Notes under the pieces: generated by a model
The model's database searches: none
Told to the model about the DNA's origin: nothing
Seen by the model: only the letters and a program-made list of their open reading frames with translations
Position numbers and translations under genes: made by a program
Source: Escherichia phage Ec_Makalu_002
Sequence record: MN709127.1
Reading direction: 5' to 3' (one strand)
DNA length: 64,000 nt
In this document: positions 26,221 to 33,811 of the stretch, piece after piece
How positions within the stretch are numbered: the stretch's first letter is position 1
How the letters are laid out: every line of letters starts with the position of its first letter

Positions 26221-26243
26221 ACTTTTTTAAAAAAATTTTAGGC

Positions 26244-26271
26244 AATAAAAAAGCCACTCCGAAGAGTGGCT
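26244..26271 (-). terminator. rho-independent terminator
   Basis: Perfect hairpin agccactc-ttcg-gagtggct followed by UUUUUUAUU on the minus strand. Confidence 0.65.
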
Positions 26272-26419
26272 TATAGGGAAGGTAGCGAATCTTCCTTGTC
26301 TCCAACCTGCTAGCGGCCTAGCAAGTGAATGCTTTAGCGTACCGGATCGCCCATACGCTGCAATAAATGCGGCTAGGTGACGTCCAAATCATTCTAACCG
26401 CGCTGTCTTTAGTTCACTA
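26272..26419 (-). ncRNA. candidate structured small RNA / structured 3' UTR (non-coding, several hairpins, ends at terminator)
   Basis: ~150 nt without ORF; minus-strand hairpins gcgguuag...cuagccgc, agcgua...uacgcu, ugcuag-gccg-cuagca, ggaag...cuucc. Confidence 0.25.
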
Positions 26420-26638
26420 TTATTTATATCGCTTTCTCTCGCGACGTTTTTGATCTTCTTCCTTGATAGAGTTAAATGCATCAAAAAGACACATGACACT
26501 AATAATAAACATAACCGTATTTTCTACGATATCCCACGGCTTCGCATCAGTACAGATCCCCCAAACGGTAAGAAATGCAAATAAGGCAGAAGAGATCACA
26601 AGCATGATACTTGCTAAGACATAAAAGGTCATCTTCAT
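26420..26638 (-). CDS. small membrane protein
   Basis: 72 aa; hydrophobic helices; basic C-terminus RRERKRYK. Confidence 0.4.
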   Translation of the reverse strand: MKMTFYVLASIMLVISSALFAFLTVWGICTDAKPWDIVENTVMFIISVMCLFDAFNSIKEEDQKRRERKRYK

Positions 26639-26829
26639 GGTTTTACCTCAATTCTTCGATATTCATCACACATCCATGCAGTAAGCAAGAATCCCAACAC
26701 ATAAGCAACAAAATACGTTAATGCTTCTTCTGGTTCGGTGCTATGCGCCATCATCAGACCAGCGAGAAAGGTCTTAACAATTACATTTAAAATAATTAGC
26801 CACGCAAATAATTTCATCGTTTGCCCCAT
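26635..26829 (-). CDS. small membrane protein
   Basis: 64 aa, hydrophobic. Confidence 0.4.
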   Translation of the reverse strand: MGQTMKLFAWLIILNVIVKTFLAGLMMAHSTEPEEALTYFVAYVLGFLLTAWMCDEYRRIEVKP

Positions 26830-27053
26830 TTCGGTCGAGTCTTCTCAAACTTATACATTCCGTGACAATCTCGAATCATCCACGTAACAAGAGCACCACT
26901 CAACACCGACAGCACACAGAAGAAGTAAAACGGTCCGGTTGCATTATCAACATGAGCAAGCCATGTAAAGAATACACATGCTAAGAATGTAAAGAACATC
27001 ATAAAACACAAGAAAGCAAAATATTTTATGCTACTCATATCGCCACCATACAA
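26814..27053 (-). CDS. small membrane protein
   Basis: 79 aa, hydrophobic. Confidence 0.4.
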   Translation of the reverse strand: MYGGDMSSIKYFAFLCFMMFFTFLACVFFTWLAHVDNATGPFYFFCVLSVLSGALVTWMIRDCHGMYKFEKTRPKWGKR

Positions 27054-27141
27054 CAGATCATAAGAAACCCAAACGCAATAAGAATTGCATCAAATTTAGT
27101 GAACTCCGGTCCACCTATCAACATCATTCGTTCCTGTTCAG

Positions 27142-27339
27142 TCATAGATCACAGATCCATCTAAAAGCACCACATACAGCGATCAGGAGTGTAGGAACAC
27201 TTGAGAAGAAAACCAATGTACAAAAATCATCTAGTGTAATACCGGAATAACTACCGACTGCAATCACACCGATGATCAGACACAGAAAGAAAACAAATGC
27301 AATCAGAAACAAAGTATTGCTAAACAGTTTAGTGATCAT
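27142..27339 (-). CDS. small membrane protein
   Basis: 65 aa, hydrophobic. Confidence 0.4.
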   Translation of the reverse strand: MITKLFSNTLFLIAFVFFLCLIIGVIAVGSYSGITLDDFCTLVFFSSVPTLLIAVCGAFRWICDL

Positions 27340-27533
27340 TAGACACCCCCACGACGGTCAATTTCAAAAACTTTCTTATCACAGACAAAGCAGGTCACTA
27401 CAGCCTCATTGACTTCCGCAAATTGTTGTGTTACCCACTTAAGGTCAGAGCGAAACAATGTTTTGTTAATAACAAATGTTTTACCTTTCTTATCCTTACC
27501 CATAAATTTTGCTTTAACCATATCCAATTCCAT
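27339..27533 (-). CDS. hypothetical small protein
   Basis: 64 aa; CFVCDKK. Confidence 0.4.
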   Translation of the reverse strand: MELDMVKAKFMGKDKKGKTFVINKTLFRSDLKWVTQQFAEVNEAVVTCFVCDKKVFEIDRRGGV

Positions 27534-27542
27534 ATTATCACC

Positions 27543-27701
27543 TTATTTGCTAATCGCTAAACCTAATCCGAAGAGAGCACCAGACGCTACAGTATACCCG
27601 AAAGTTTCAAAGGCAGTCAAGATATCCAACCCACCAGCTAACAGAGTTGCAGTAAACAGAGTACCAGCTACGAACATAAAAGTTTTACCGATAAATTTCA
27701 T
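27543..27701 (-). CDS. small hydrophobic peptide (52 aa), below ORF-track size cut-off
   Basis: Hand translation MKFIGKTFMFVAGTLFTATLLAGGLDILTAFETFGYTVASGALFGLGLAISK; ATG follows GGAGAATCAAA RBS and promoter cassette (27700-27775). Confidence 0.4.
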   Translation of the reverse strand: MKFIGKTFMFVAGTLFTATLLAGGLDILTAFETFGYTVASGALFGLGLAISK

Positions 27702-27768
27702 TTTGATTCTCCTTTCGTTTGTTTGTTGGGGGTATCTTACTACCCCCGTTTCATGTTGTCAACTGTTT

Positions 27769-28146
27769 TTAAGAAAATTTTACTTCGTCTACAATGTCTT
27801 TCATGACATTGATTTCCATTCCGGTCAGAACACGTTGGAACATGTGCTGCACATACGCTTTCAGGTATTCATTTGATGGCTTGCTATCAAAAGTCTTTTT
27901 AGTGTAGTAGTCATCACCGAAAGCTACTGTAATTACATTTTCGTCGTCGTTCCAGGCAATATAAGCAAATTTGCCGTTATCCCAGAATCGAGCACTAATT
28001 GCTACTTTCGTTGAATCGAATCCTACTTCGCTGTGAGATTCAAGAACTACTTGCGTGCCAGTTTCTTTATGAATGTAGTAGCGGGATACTAAGTCAAAGT
28101 TACGGGTGTAGTGACATTCGAATTTATCTTTAAACATCATCATCAT
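27769..28146 (-). CDS. hypothetical protein
   Basis: 125 aa; promoter/leader cassette upstream (28140-28215). Confidence 0.45.
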   Translation of the reverse strand: MMMMFKDKFECHYTRNFDLVSRYYIHKETGTQVVLESHSEVGFDSTKVAISARFWDNGKFAYIAWNDDENVITVAFGDDYYTKKTFDSKPSNEYLKAYVQHMFQRVLTGMEINVMKDIVDEVKFS

Positions 28147-28219
28147 TTTTTGATTCTCCTAAGTGTGTTTCGTTTCGATGTGTGCATTATGCTATAGTCG
28201 TTTATGGTTGTCAACACAT

Positions 28220-28254
28220 AAAAACAAAAAAACCCCGAAAAAAAATTTCGGGGT
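28220..28254 (-). terminator. rho-independent terminator downstream of 57B
   Basis: Hairpin ccccgaaa-uuuu-uuucgggg followed by a long U-run on the minus strand. Confidence 0.65.
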
Positions 28255-28260
28255 ATAGAA

Positions 28261-28731
28261 TTACAGTTTGGTCGTCCACTCCAGATCTAGATCTTCGACA
28301 TATTCATGTGATCGGACAATCTCTAAATCGAACTCTAGGTCAGTGCCAAATTTACGCGCGCCAACATCATAAGAAAGCGTGATATGCGGTACATATTCAG
28401 GATAATCCCACGTCGCACCTAAAGCAGTTCCGATATCGTGTCTGAATTGCATGTAGTCGCTTTCAAATGCCAGCACAAGTGCATTAGTACCGGATTGAGT
28501 TTCAAACACTTTCAGATGGCACAGAGAGCCTAAGAACTTCTCCCCTTCTTCTGGGATAAACGGAACATAAACACGAGAATATAAGATCGTGCTATGAAGT
28601 TTATCACGAGGAACGGCATTAGGCAGATCGTAGAACTCCTGCAATTTTTCAATGCGGTCTAGTGTATCCTCAGTGAATTTAACCGCCGCATATGTACCTT
28701 TAACGGATTCTCGAAACGGGGTCATAATCAA
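28261..28731 (-). CDS. 57B: 2H phosphoesterase, T4 57B / Acb1-type (anti-CBASS cyclic-nucleotide nuclease family)
   Basis: 156 aa; two H-x-(T/S)-x motifs (HSTILY, HITLSY); located downstream of 57A and gene 1 as in T4. Confidence 0.65.
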   Translation of the reverse strand: MIMTPFRESVKGTYAAVKFTEDTLDRIEKLQEFYDLPNAVPRDKLHSTILYSRVYVPFIPEEGEKFLGSLCHLKVFETQSGTNALVLAFESDYMQFRHDIGTALGATWDYPEYVPHITLSYDVGARKFGTDLEFDLEIVRSHEYVEDLDLEWTTKL

Positions 28732-28994
28732 GCCTCCGTGATCAGTTCTACTTCCTCTTTATCGTCTTCCGCTGCCTCGTCTTTAGGGAGAAGTGCTTTT
28801 ACTTCTTCGACAATAGCATCAAGGGAAACAGTGCCGTTTTCGTCTGGCTGAATACCCAGAATGCGTACCAGTTCCATCAAGACACGCTCACGATCTTTCA
28901 GTTGGCCTTCTAAGAATGCGGCTTTTTCTTGAGTGTCAAACAGACGTACTTTCAGGACATTAATCATTTGTTCATGCTGATTGGACATATTCAC
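28728..28994 (-). CDS. 57A: tail fiber assembly chaperone
   Basis: 88 aa acidic coiled-coil protein; resembles T4 gp57A as recalled; adjacent to gene 1. Confidence 0.7.
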   Translation of the reverse strand: MNMSNQHEQMINVLKVRLFDTQEKAAFLEGQLKDRERVLMELVRILGIQPDENGTVSLDAIVEEVKALLPKDEAAEDDKEEVELITEA

Positions 28995-29020
28995 ATCTCC
29001 TACTTGTTGATAACTTTTTA

Positions 29021-29677
29021 TTAAAGGTTCGCGAGAATCGCGCTTTCAAATTCTTCTAATGTACCATTATTTATGATAATGGTTTCACCGTCAATAGGCA
29101 AAATTCCTTTTTCGGTGGAGTGAGTCGATACAATACCAGTATCACGCTGAATATGCAACACCTTAGCACCCATAGTACGCATGAGAGCAATTTCAATAGG
29201 CTGACGCACATCAACTACTACAAAATACCCTTCTTCATTTTTGCGCTTCATAAACTCATTCACGAAGAGATTACACCAATAAAGCGGATTAATCAAGTTA
29301 ACCATTATGTCAGTACCGAGAGTGGTTAACATGAGACGGATAGACCAGACGTTATTATGTTTTTCTCCGATCTCATTAACGACCTTGTAAATCTCAGCCA
29401 GACGGTCACATGTAAAGGAACTACCACCATACTTAGAATCTAGCATAAGCAGACACTGAATAAACCACTTATGCGCGGTGTAGGTATCAATACCTAGATC
29501 GGCTTCTCTGTCACGCCCTAACCCGTCAAAGTCAAGATAAGTCAGACCTAAGTCTGGTTGACATTCGCATAAGATTTCTTTGATCGGTGCTGCCAGCTGA
29601 TAACTGTGTCCATCAATGATTAACGCGGCAGTGTCTTTTCCTACGCGTTTTTTACCACAAAGTGCAATCAATTTCAT
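29021..29677 (-). CDS. 1: deoxynucleoside monophosphate kinase
   Basis: 218 aa; MKLIALCGKKRVGKDT P-loop N-terminus like T4 gp1. Confidence 0.85.
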   Translation of the reverse strand: MKLIALCGKKRVGKDTAALIIDGHSYQLAAPIKEILCECQPDLGLTYLDFDGLGRDREADLGIDTYTAHKWFIQCLLMLDSKYGGSSFTCDRLAEIYKVVNEIGEKHNNVWSIRLMLTTLGTDIMVNLINPLYWCNLFVNEFMKRKNEEGYFVVVDVRQPIEIALMRTMGAKVLHIQRDTGIVSTHSTEKGILPIDGETIIINNGTLEEFESAILANL

Positions 29678-29692
29678 AATATAAGCCTCTTG

Positions 29693-30283
29693 TTACTTTC
29701 TAAAAGCAGGGTGCATAGCTTTAATTCCTTCCACTCGCTGACGATCCGCCGCCTGAATTGCTGGGCGAGGAACGATCAGTTGACCATCACGTTCAATGCT
29801 CATTGTTTTAAATGGAAGAATTGCAGTACACACCAGAGATTCATGCATATCATCGGTGTATGTTAACTCAAGTTCCCCCAATTGTGAACACCAACAACCA
29901 TAAAAGTTAAAGGTGCATACAATGTTACGGCGTTCATTGTCCATCATGTGAACTTGAACGGCTTCCGGCATTGAATCCTTCCACGCGGTGGAGTTACCGT
30001 TATTGTAGTCTACTATAGAAAGCATCCATGTGTAAAGGTTTAGATAGCTTTCCAAATGCTCATCGACAATAAACCGGACTACCAGCGGGTCAAACTCTAC
30101 ATGACTGGAAGGATAATCAGCGACCGCCAAACCATATTGACCAGCAACTTGCTTAGTCGGTGGAATGGTTATAGCCGGAAGTGTAACACCTTGAGCATTT
30201 AAAGTAAAGCCTTTTGTTAGTTGACCATCTGGAATACTGATCTGCCAGTTACTAGGGTTAGCATAGTTAAAGAGATTAGACAT
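29693..30283 (-). CDS. 3: tail completion / sheath stabilizer protein (gp3-like)
   Basis: 196 aa; synteny between gene 1 and gene 2 as in T4; called mainly on position. Confidence 0.5.
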   Translation of the reverse strand: MSNLFNYANPSNWQISIPDGQLTKGFTLNAQGVTLPAITIPPTKQVAGQYGLAVADYPSSHVEFDPLVVRFIVDEHLESYLNLYTWMLSIVDYNNGNSTAWKDSMPEAVQVHMMDNERRNIVCTFNFYGCWCSQLGELELTYTDDMHESLVCTAILPFKTMSIERDGQLIVPRPAIQAADRQRVEGIKAMHPAFRK

Positions 30284-30472
30284 TACTGATTCCTCAAATG
30301 AAAATATTTATTAACAATTGTCGCTTTGCGACGTGCCGTAGGCACTGACTACTTTTTAACCGAAACAAATTTTTATTATTCTAAAGATCTTTCTTCGTTT
30401 TGGTTATGTTTTAACCAATAACTATATTTTTATACAGTAATAAATAAAACGGGTACTATACGAGGACTTCTT

Positions 30473-30727
30473 ATGACAGAAGACATTTTGTTAAAACTCT
30501 ATGATCGTTTGGATAACGAATTAGCAACATTGCGGGGTGAAGTTCTCTATTTGTCTAAATGTAATACAGATCTGCTTAAGCAGATTGCAGAAAGGGATGA
30601 CCAAATAAAATCCCTTTCAGGTGCATTACGTGACCGCGACAAGGCATTAGAGATTTTACAGCGTGTTACCAATAAGGAAGAATTAAAAGACTTCTTACAT
30701 GGTTATGCTCATGCTATCGATCTATAA
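30473..30727 (+). CDS. hypothetical coiled-coil protein on opposite strand
   Basis: 84 aa; GAGGA RBS 8 nt upstream; sits in an otherwise non-coding gap between genes 3 and 2. Confidence 0.4.
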   Translation: MTEDILLKLYDRLDNELATLRGEVLYLSKCNTDLLKQIAERDDQIKSLSGALRDRDKALEILQRVTNKEELKDFLHGYAHAIDL

Positions 30728-30753
30728 TAAAAAAGCCCGTCATTGACGGGCTT
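30726..30753 (-). terminator. terminator hairpin downstream of gene 2 (possibly bidirectional)
   Basis: Hairpin gcccguc-aau-gacgggc followed by UUUUUUAUU on the minus strand. Confidence 0.55.
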
Positions 30754-30757
30754 AATC

Positions 30758-31579
30758 TTATGCATCCTTCCAAACTTTCCTTGCGTCGTATTTCTTGCCT
30801 TTTGACATAAACTGATATGTAGGCATATAGATAATATTGCTCCAGTCTTTCGGGCTAATCTCAACAAGTTTTGTTTTAATGTGTCCCGGCAAGTATGCTT
30901 TGATCATGTGATCACTACCACGCATACCTTTTACATCGCTCCATTTGATTTTTAAGCGTGTTTTATTGCTCAAGGTAGGCGTAGATGCATATTGCTTTAA
31001 AAGTGCTTCCAGAAACTGCTGACGGGCTTTAGGCGTTACATAGTGTAAGTTAAGACCCAGCATTACAGTATTACCCGCCTTTGTCTTAGAATCACCCAGA
31101 CAAATGATCAGCGGGAAAACATCCCAATATGGCAAAGTGTCTTTATACTTCGCATCATACATAAAAGTATAGATTCGCCCTACTTGCGGTTTTACAATCT
31201 GGTGTCCCTTTATTCCCGCTTTTATTGTTTTGGTAAACCATTCCTGTGATTTTTCTTTAGGACGACTCTTTGATACAGCACGCATAGACGCACGAAAATC
31301 ATTAATCATCATCATTGCGCGTTGCTGCTTATTGAGACCCTTTGCACCTTTCCCTTTTAGTTTTTCAACTTCTATTGCTGTTTTAATTTCGCTGGCATAA
31401 CGAGACATACTTTTAGTGAAAGTCGCATAGGCTATTCCCTTAGAATCTGCAAATGCTTTAGCTGTCATGCCTTTGGCTTTTGCTTTCGCAAATTCTACAC
31501 CCAATTCGACCCACTGTTTAGACTTTCGCTTTTGGGGAGACGGCTTTTCGTCTTCTGTGATTATTTCAAATACGCTCAT
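30758..31579 (-). CDS. 2: DNA end protector protein gp2 (start at internal Met MSVFEII, ~273 aa)
   Basis: ORF track gives 30758-31711; internal ATG near 31579 follows GAGGATAATATT RBS; resulting size matches T4 gp2; synteny. Confidence 0.7.
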   Translation of the reverse strand: MSVFEIITEDEKPSPQKRKSKQWVELGVEFAKAKAKGMTAKAFADSKGIAYATFTKSMSRYASEIKTAIEVEKLKGKGAKGLNKQQRAMMMINDFRASMRAVSKSRPKEKSQEWFTKTIKAGIKGHQIVKPQVGRIYTFMYDAKYKDTLPYWDVFPLIICLGDSKTKAGNTVMLGLNLHYVTPKARQQFLEALLKQYASTPTLSNKTRLKIKWSDVKGMRGSDHMIKAYLPGHIKTKLVEISPKDWSNIIYMPTYQFMSKGKKYDARKVWKDA

Positions 31580-31613
31580 AATATTATCCTCTATGTTTAT
31601 GTATGTTACACAC

Positions 31614-31642
31614 TTGACAATCCTCTTTGCTATTGCTAAAAT
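31614..31642 (+). promoter_or_regulatory. sigma70-like promoter for HNH endonuclease gene
   Basis: TTGACA-N17-TAAAAT upstream of RBS AGGAG and ATG at 31706. Confidence 0.5.
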
Positions 31643-31705
31643 GCAGACGAAAATAAACAGCGATACTTGTTGATAAATATCATTATACCATAGGAGTAAC
31701 CTTAG

Positions 31706-32728
31706 ATGCAAGATATTAAGAACAAAATTTTGATGCAGTTTCCGAATGCAGATATCAAGTATTTAGAAAAGTATCTAGAAATTTGTGCAAACCCAGATAA
31801 GGATGGGGAATTAGAGAGGCATCATATTCTACCAAAATCAATTTGGAAGGAATATGAAGACCTTAAAATTCATGATTTTAATGCTGTTCACTTGAACACC
31901 GTTCGTCATATGATGGCACACTACTATTTCAGTAAAGCAACAAATTCCATTTGGAAGTCTGTTGTTATGATGTTTAATACCAGAATTGATATTATGAAGG
32001 AATTGCCAGAAGATATTGTGTTGAAACTTGCTGGTATATCAGAAGAGGCAAAGCGAAAACATGTATACACGGAAGAATCTAGACTGAAAATGTCGGAATC
32101 ACAAAAACGTTTCATGGCTTCTCTTGATGAAGAAGAATTAAAACGTCGCCATAAGAAAAGAACTGATTCCGTTAAAGAACATTTTAGAAACTTGAGCGAT
32201 GAAGAACGAGAAAGAAAGTATAAAGAACGTGGCAAGAAAATATCAAAGGCGTTAAGTAATAGATCAGAGGAAAAACTTAAATTACGAAGAGAAAGGCTTC
32301 TACAAACTATAAACTCAAAGTCAGACGAAGAAAAACAAAGAATCGCCAAACTACTTTCAGATTCACAAAAACCGAAAGAAACATGGGGAAAATTTGATGA
32401 GTTATATGCATTATGGATTGATCTGAATATGCCTGGTCAATATGTATTCAAGCGCGAGGCCATTAAACGTGGATACCCAGATAGGTCATATGATTACATC
32501 GTTAAAGAAATGAAAAATAAGTACATAAAGGAGAATGGAAACGACATAATAAAATTAAATCCCAGAAAAAATTCTGGTGTCTGGGTATATTATGACGAAA
32601 TATATAAGCTGTGGAAAGAAAATGGTATGCCTAGCGATAGAAAAACAAGAAAAATAGCGGTCGAGAATGGGTATCCCGACCAATGCTATCAAACTATAGT
32701 AAAAGACTTTAAGAACTCACTTATTTAA
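31706..32728 (+). CDS. free-standing HNH homing endonuclease (Mob-like)
   Basis: 340 aa; ELERHHILPKSIW...N...H HNH core; Lys/Glu-rich linker; duplicated C-terminal GYPD(R/Q)xY DNA-binding-like repeats. Confidence 0.7.
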   Translation: MQDIKNKILMQFPNADIKYLEKYLEICANPDKDGELERHHILPKSIWKEYEDLKIHDFNAVHLNTVRHMMAHYYFSKATNSIWKSVVMMFNTRIDIMKELPEDIVLKLAGISEEAKRKHVYTEESRLKMSESQKRFMASLDEEELKRRHKKRTDSVKEHFRNLSDEERERKYKERGKKISKALSNRSEEKLKLRRERLLQTINSKSDEEKQRIAKLLSDSQKPKETWGKFDELYALWIDLNMPGQYVFKREAIKRGYPDRSYDYIVKEMKNKYIKENGNDIIKLNPRKNSGVWVYYDEIYKLWKENGMPSDRKTRKIAVENGYPDQCYQTIVKDFKNSLI

Positions 32729-33190
32729 ACCTTTAAAACCGAACACTTTTTTTAATGTGTGTTCGGTTATGATTTTAAATTCCATATTATGTTTTTTACA
32801 CAATGCTACTGCCGCTGCCCACTTTTCGGTATTTTTCGTCCACGTCCAAGCCTCCATCATATAACGCTGCTTTGTTTTAGTCGTTAATCGCTTTGGCTTT
32901 TCTGGTGGTCTAGTCTCTTTGGCTGGCTTAATTTCCCATAAATGCTCTTTTCCATCATCAAACTTAACATAAACATCAACAAAATATCTGTGACGCTTAC
33001 CGTCTGTTGATGAATTGTAAGGAATTACAACGGTCTCAGATCCCCATTTAACCACATGAGGATTACGGTCACACCATTTAAAAACATGCAATTCCCAGCT
33101 TGAACGGTATGTGATTTTCCGTATATCCCCTTTATACTTTTCCTTATTCTCAGGAACATACTTGCCCTTATAAGTGTTAGATCCTCCCAT
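32717..33190 (-). CDS. 4: head completion protein gp4-like
   Basis: 157 aa; synteny (last minus-strand gene before late gene 53). Confidence 0.55.
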   Translation of the reverse strand: MGGSNTYKGKYVPENKEKYKGDIRKITYRSSWELHVFKWCDRNPHVVKWGSETVVIPYNSSTDGKRHRYFVDVYVKFDDGKEHLWEIKPAKETRPPEKPKRLTTKTKQRYMMEAWTWTKNTEKWAAAVALCKKHNMEFKIITEHTLKKVFGFKGLNK

Positions 33191-33205
33191 TTTAGCACCC
33201 TTTAT

Positions 33206-33213
33206 TATAAATA
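33206..33213 (+). promoter_or_regulatory. T4-type late promoter (TATAAATA) for gene 53
   Basis: TATAAATA ~35 nt upstream of the gene 53 ATG. Confidence 0.55.
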
Positions 33214-33245
33214 CATAATACTATTTATCAATTGAGGGTGCTAAA

Positions 33246-33800
33246 ATGCTCTTTTCTTTCTTCCCTGCCATAGAATACAACGGCAAGATGATTACTGACA
33301 TTGTGCGCAATTACCGCGCATATTTCAACGCAATAATTTCTGATTATAACATACAAACATATTACATTCAAGGTAGTCCACGACCGGAACAAGTTGCATA
33401 TGAAGTATACGGAAACCAGCAACTTTATTGGATCTTGCTGATGCTTAATGACGTATACGATCCGTTTCATGACTGGATCACCGATCAAGAGACAGCATAT
33501 GAATCAGCCGAACAACGATATGCAAATGTAGGAGGAAATCAAGTATTATATCACGTTGATATTGACGGAAACAAGTATTGGAATCTTACCGAATATCCGA
33601 AAGGGTCAAGCAATTGGTACGACAAAGGGGATATTCATCACCGTCATTTGCAGTTTCATGGTGCACTGTCGGCTGTAGACACACTGGAAGATGCGATCCT
33701 CCGCAATGAGGAACGACGCAAGATCAAGATCATAGATCCTACACAAATTAAACAATTTATTAACGCATTCATTCGAGAAATGGAAAAGGCTGATGTGTAA
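33246..33800 (+). CDS. 53: baseplate wedge protein gp53
   Basis: 184 aa; first gene of the late baseplate cluster; synteny. Confidence 0.65.
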   Translation: MLFSFFPAIEYNGKMITDIVRNYRAYFNAIISDYNIQTYYIQGSPRPEQVAYEVYGNQQLYWILLMLNDVYDPFHDWITDQETAYESAEQRYANVGGNQVLYHVDIDGNKYWNLTEYPKGSSNWYDKGDIHHRHLQFHGALSAVDTLEDAILRNEERRKIKIIDPTQIKQFINAFIREMEKADV

Positions 33801-33811
33801 GGTGATTAATT

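Noticed and set aside
26262-26419. Possible tRNA gene in the ORF-free structured segment
   Set aside because: I could not fit a cloverleaf: no 7 bp acceptor stem pairing the ends, and the GGAAG/CTTCC stem has a 9 nt loop without the TTCGAAT-like T-loop. Kept only as a generic small-RNA candidate.
30284-30460. AATAAATA motifs flanking gene 3 as late promoters
   Set aside because: They differ from the T4 late consensus TATAAATA at the first position, and the surrounding DNA is generally AT-rich; not called without transcript evidence.
31924-32349. 141 aa minus-strand ORF inside the HNH endonuclease gene
   Set aside because: Antisense to the Lys/Glu-rich linker of the HNH gene (Ser/Leu-rich mirror); no start signals.
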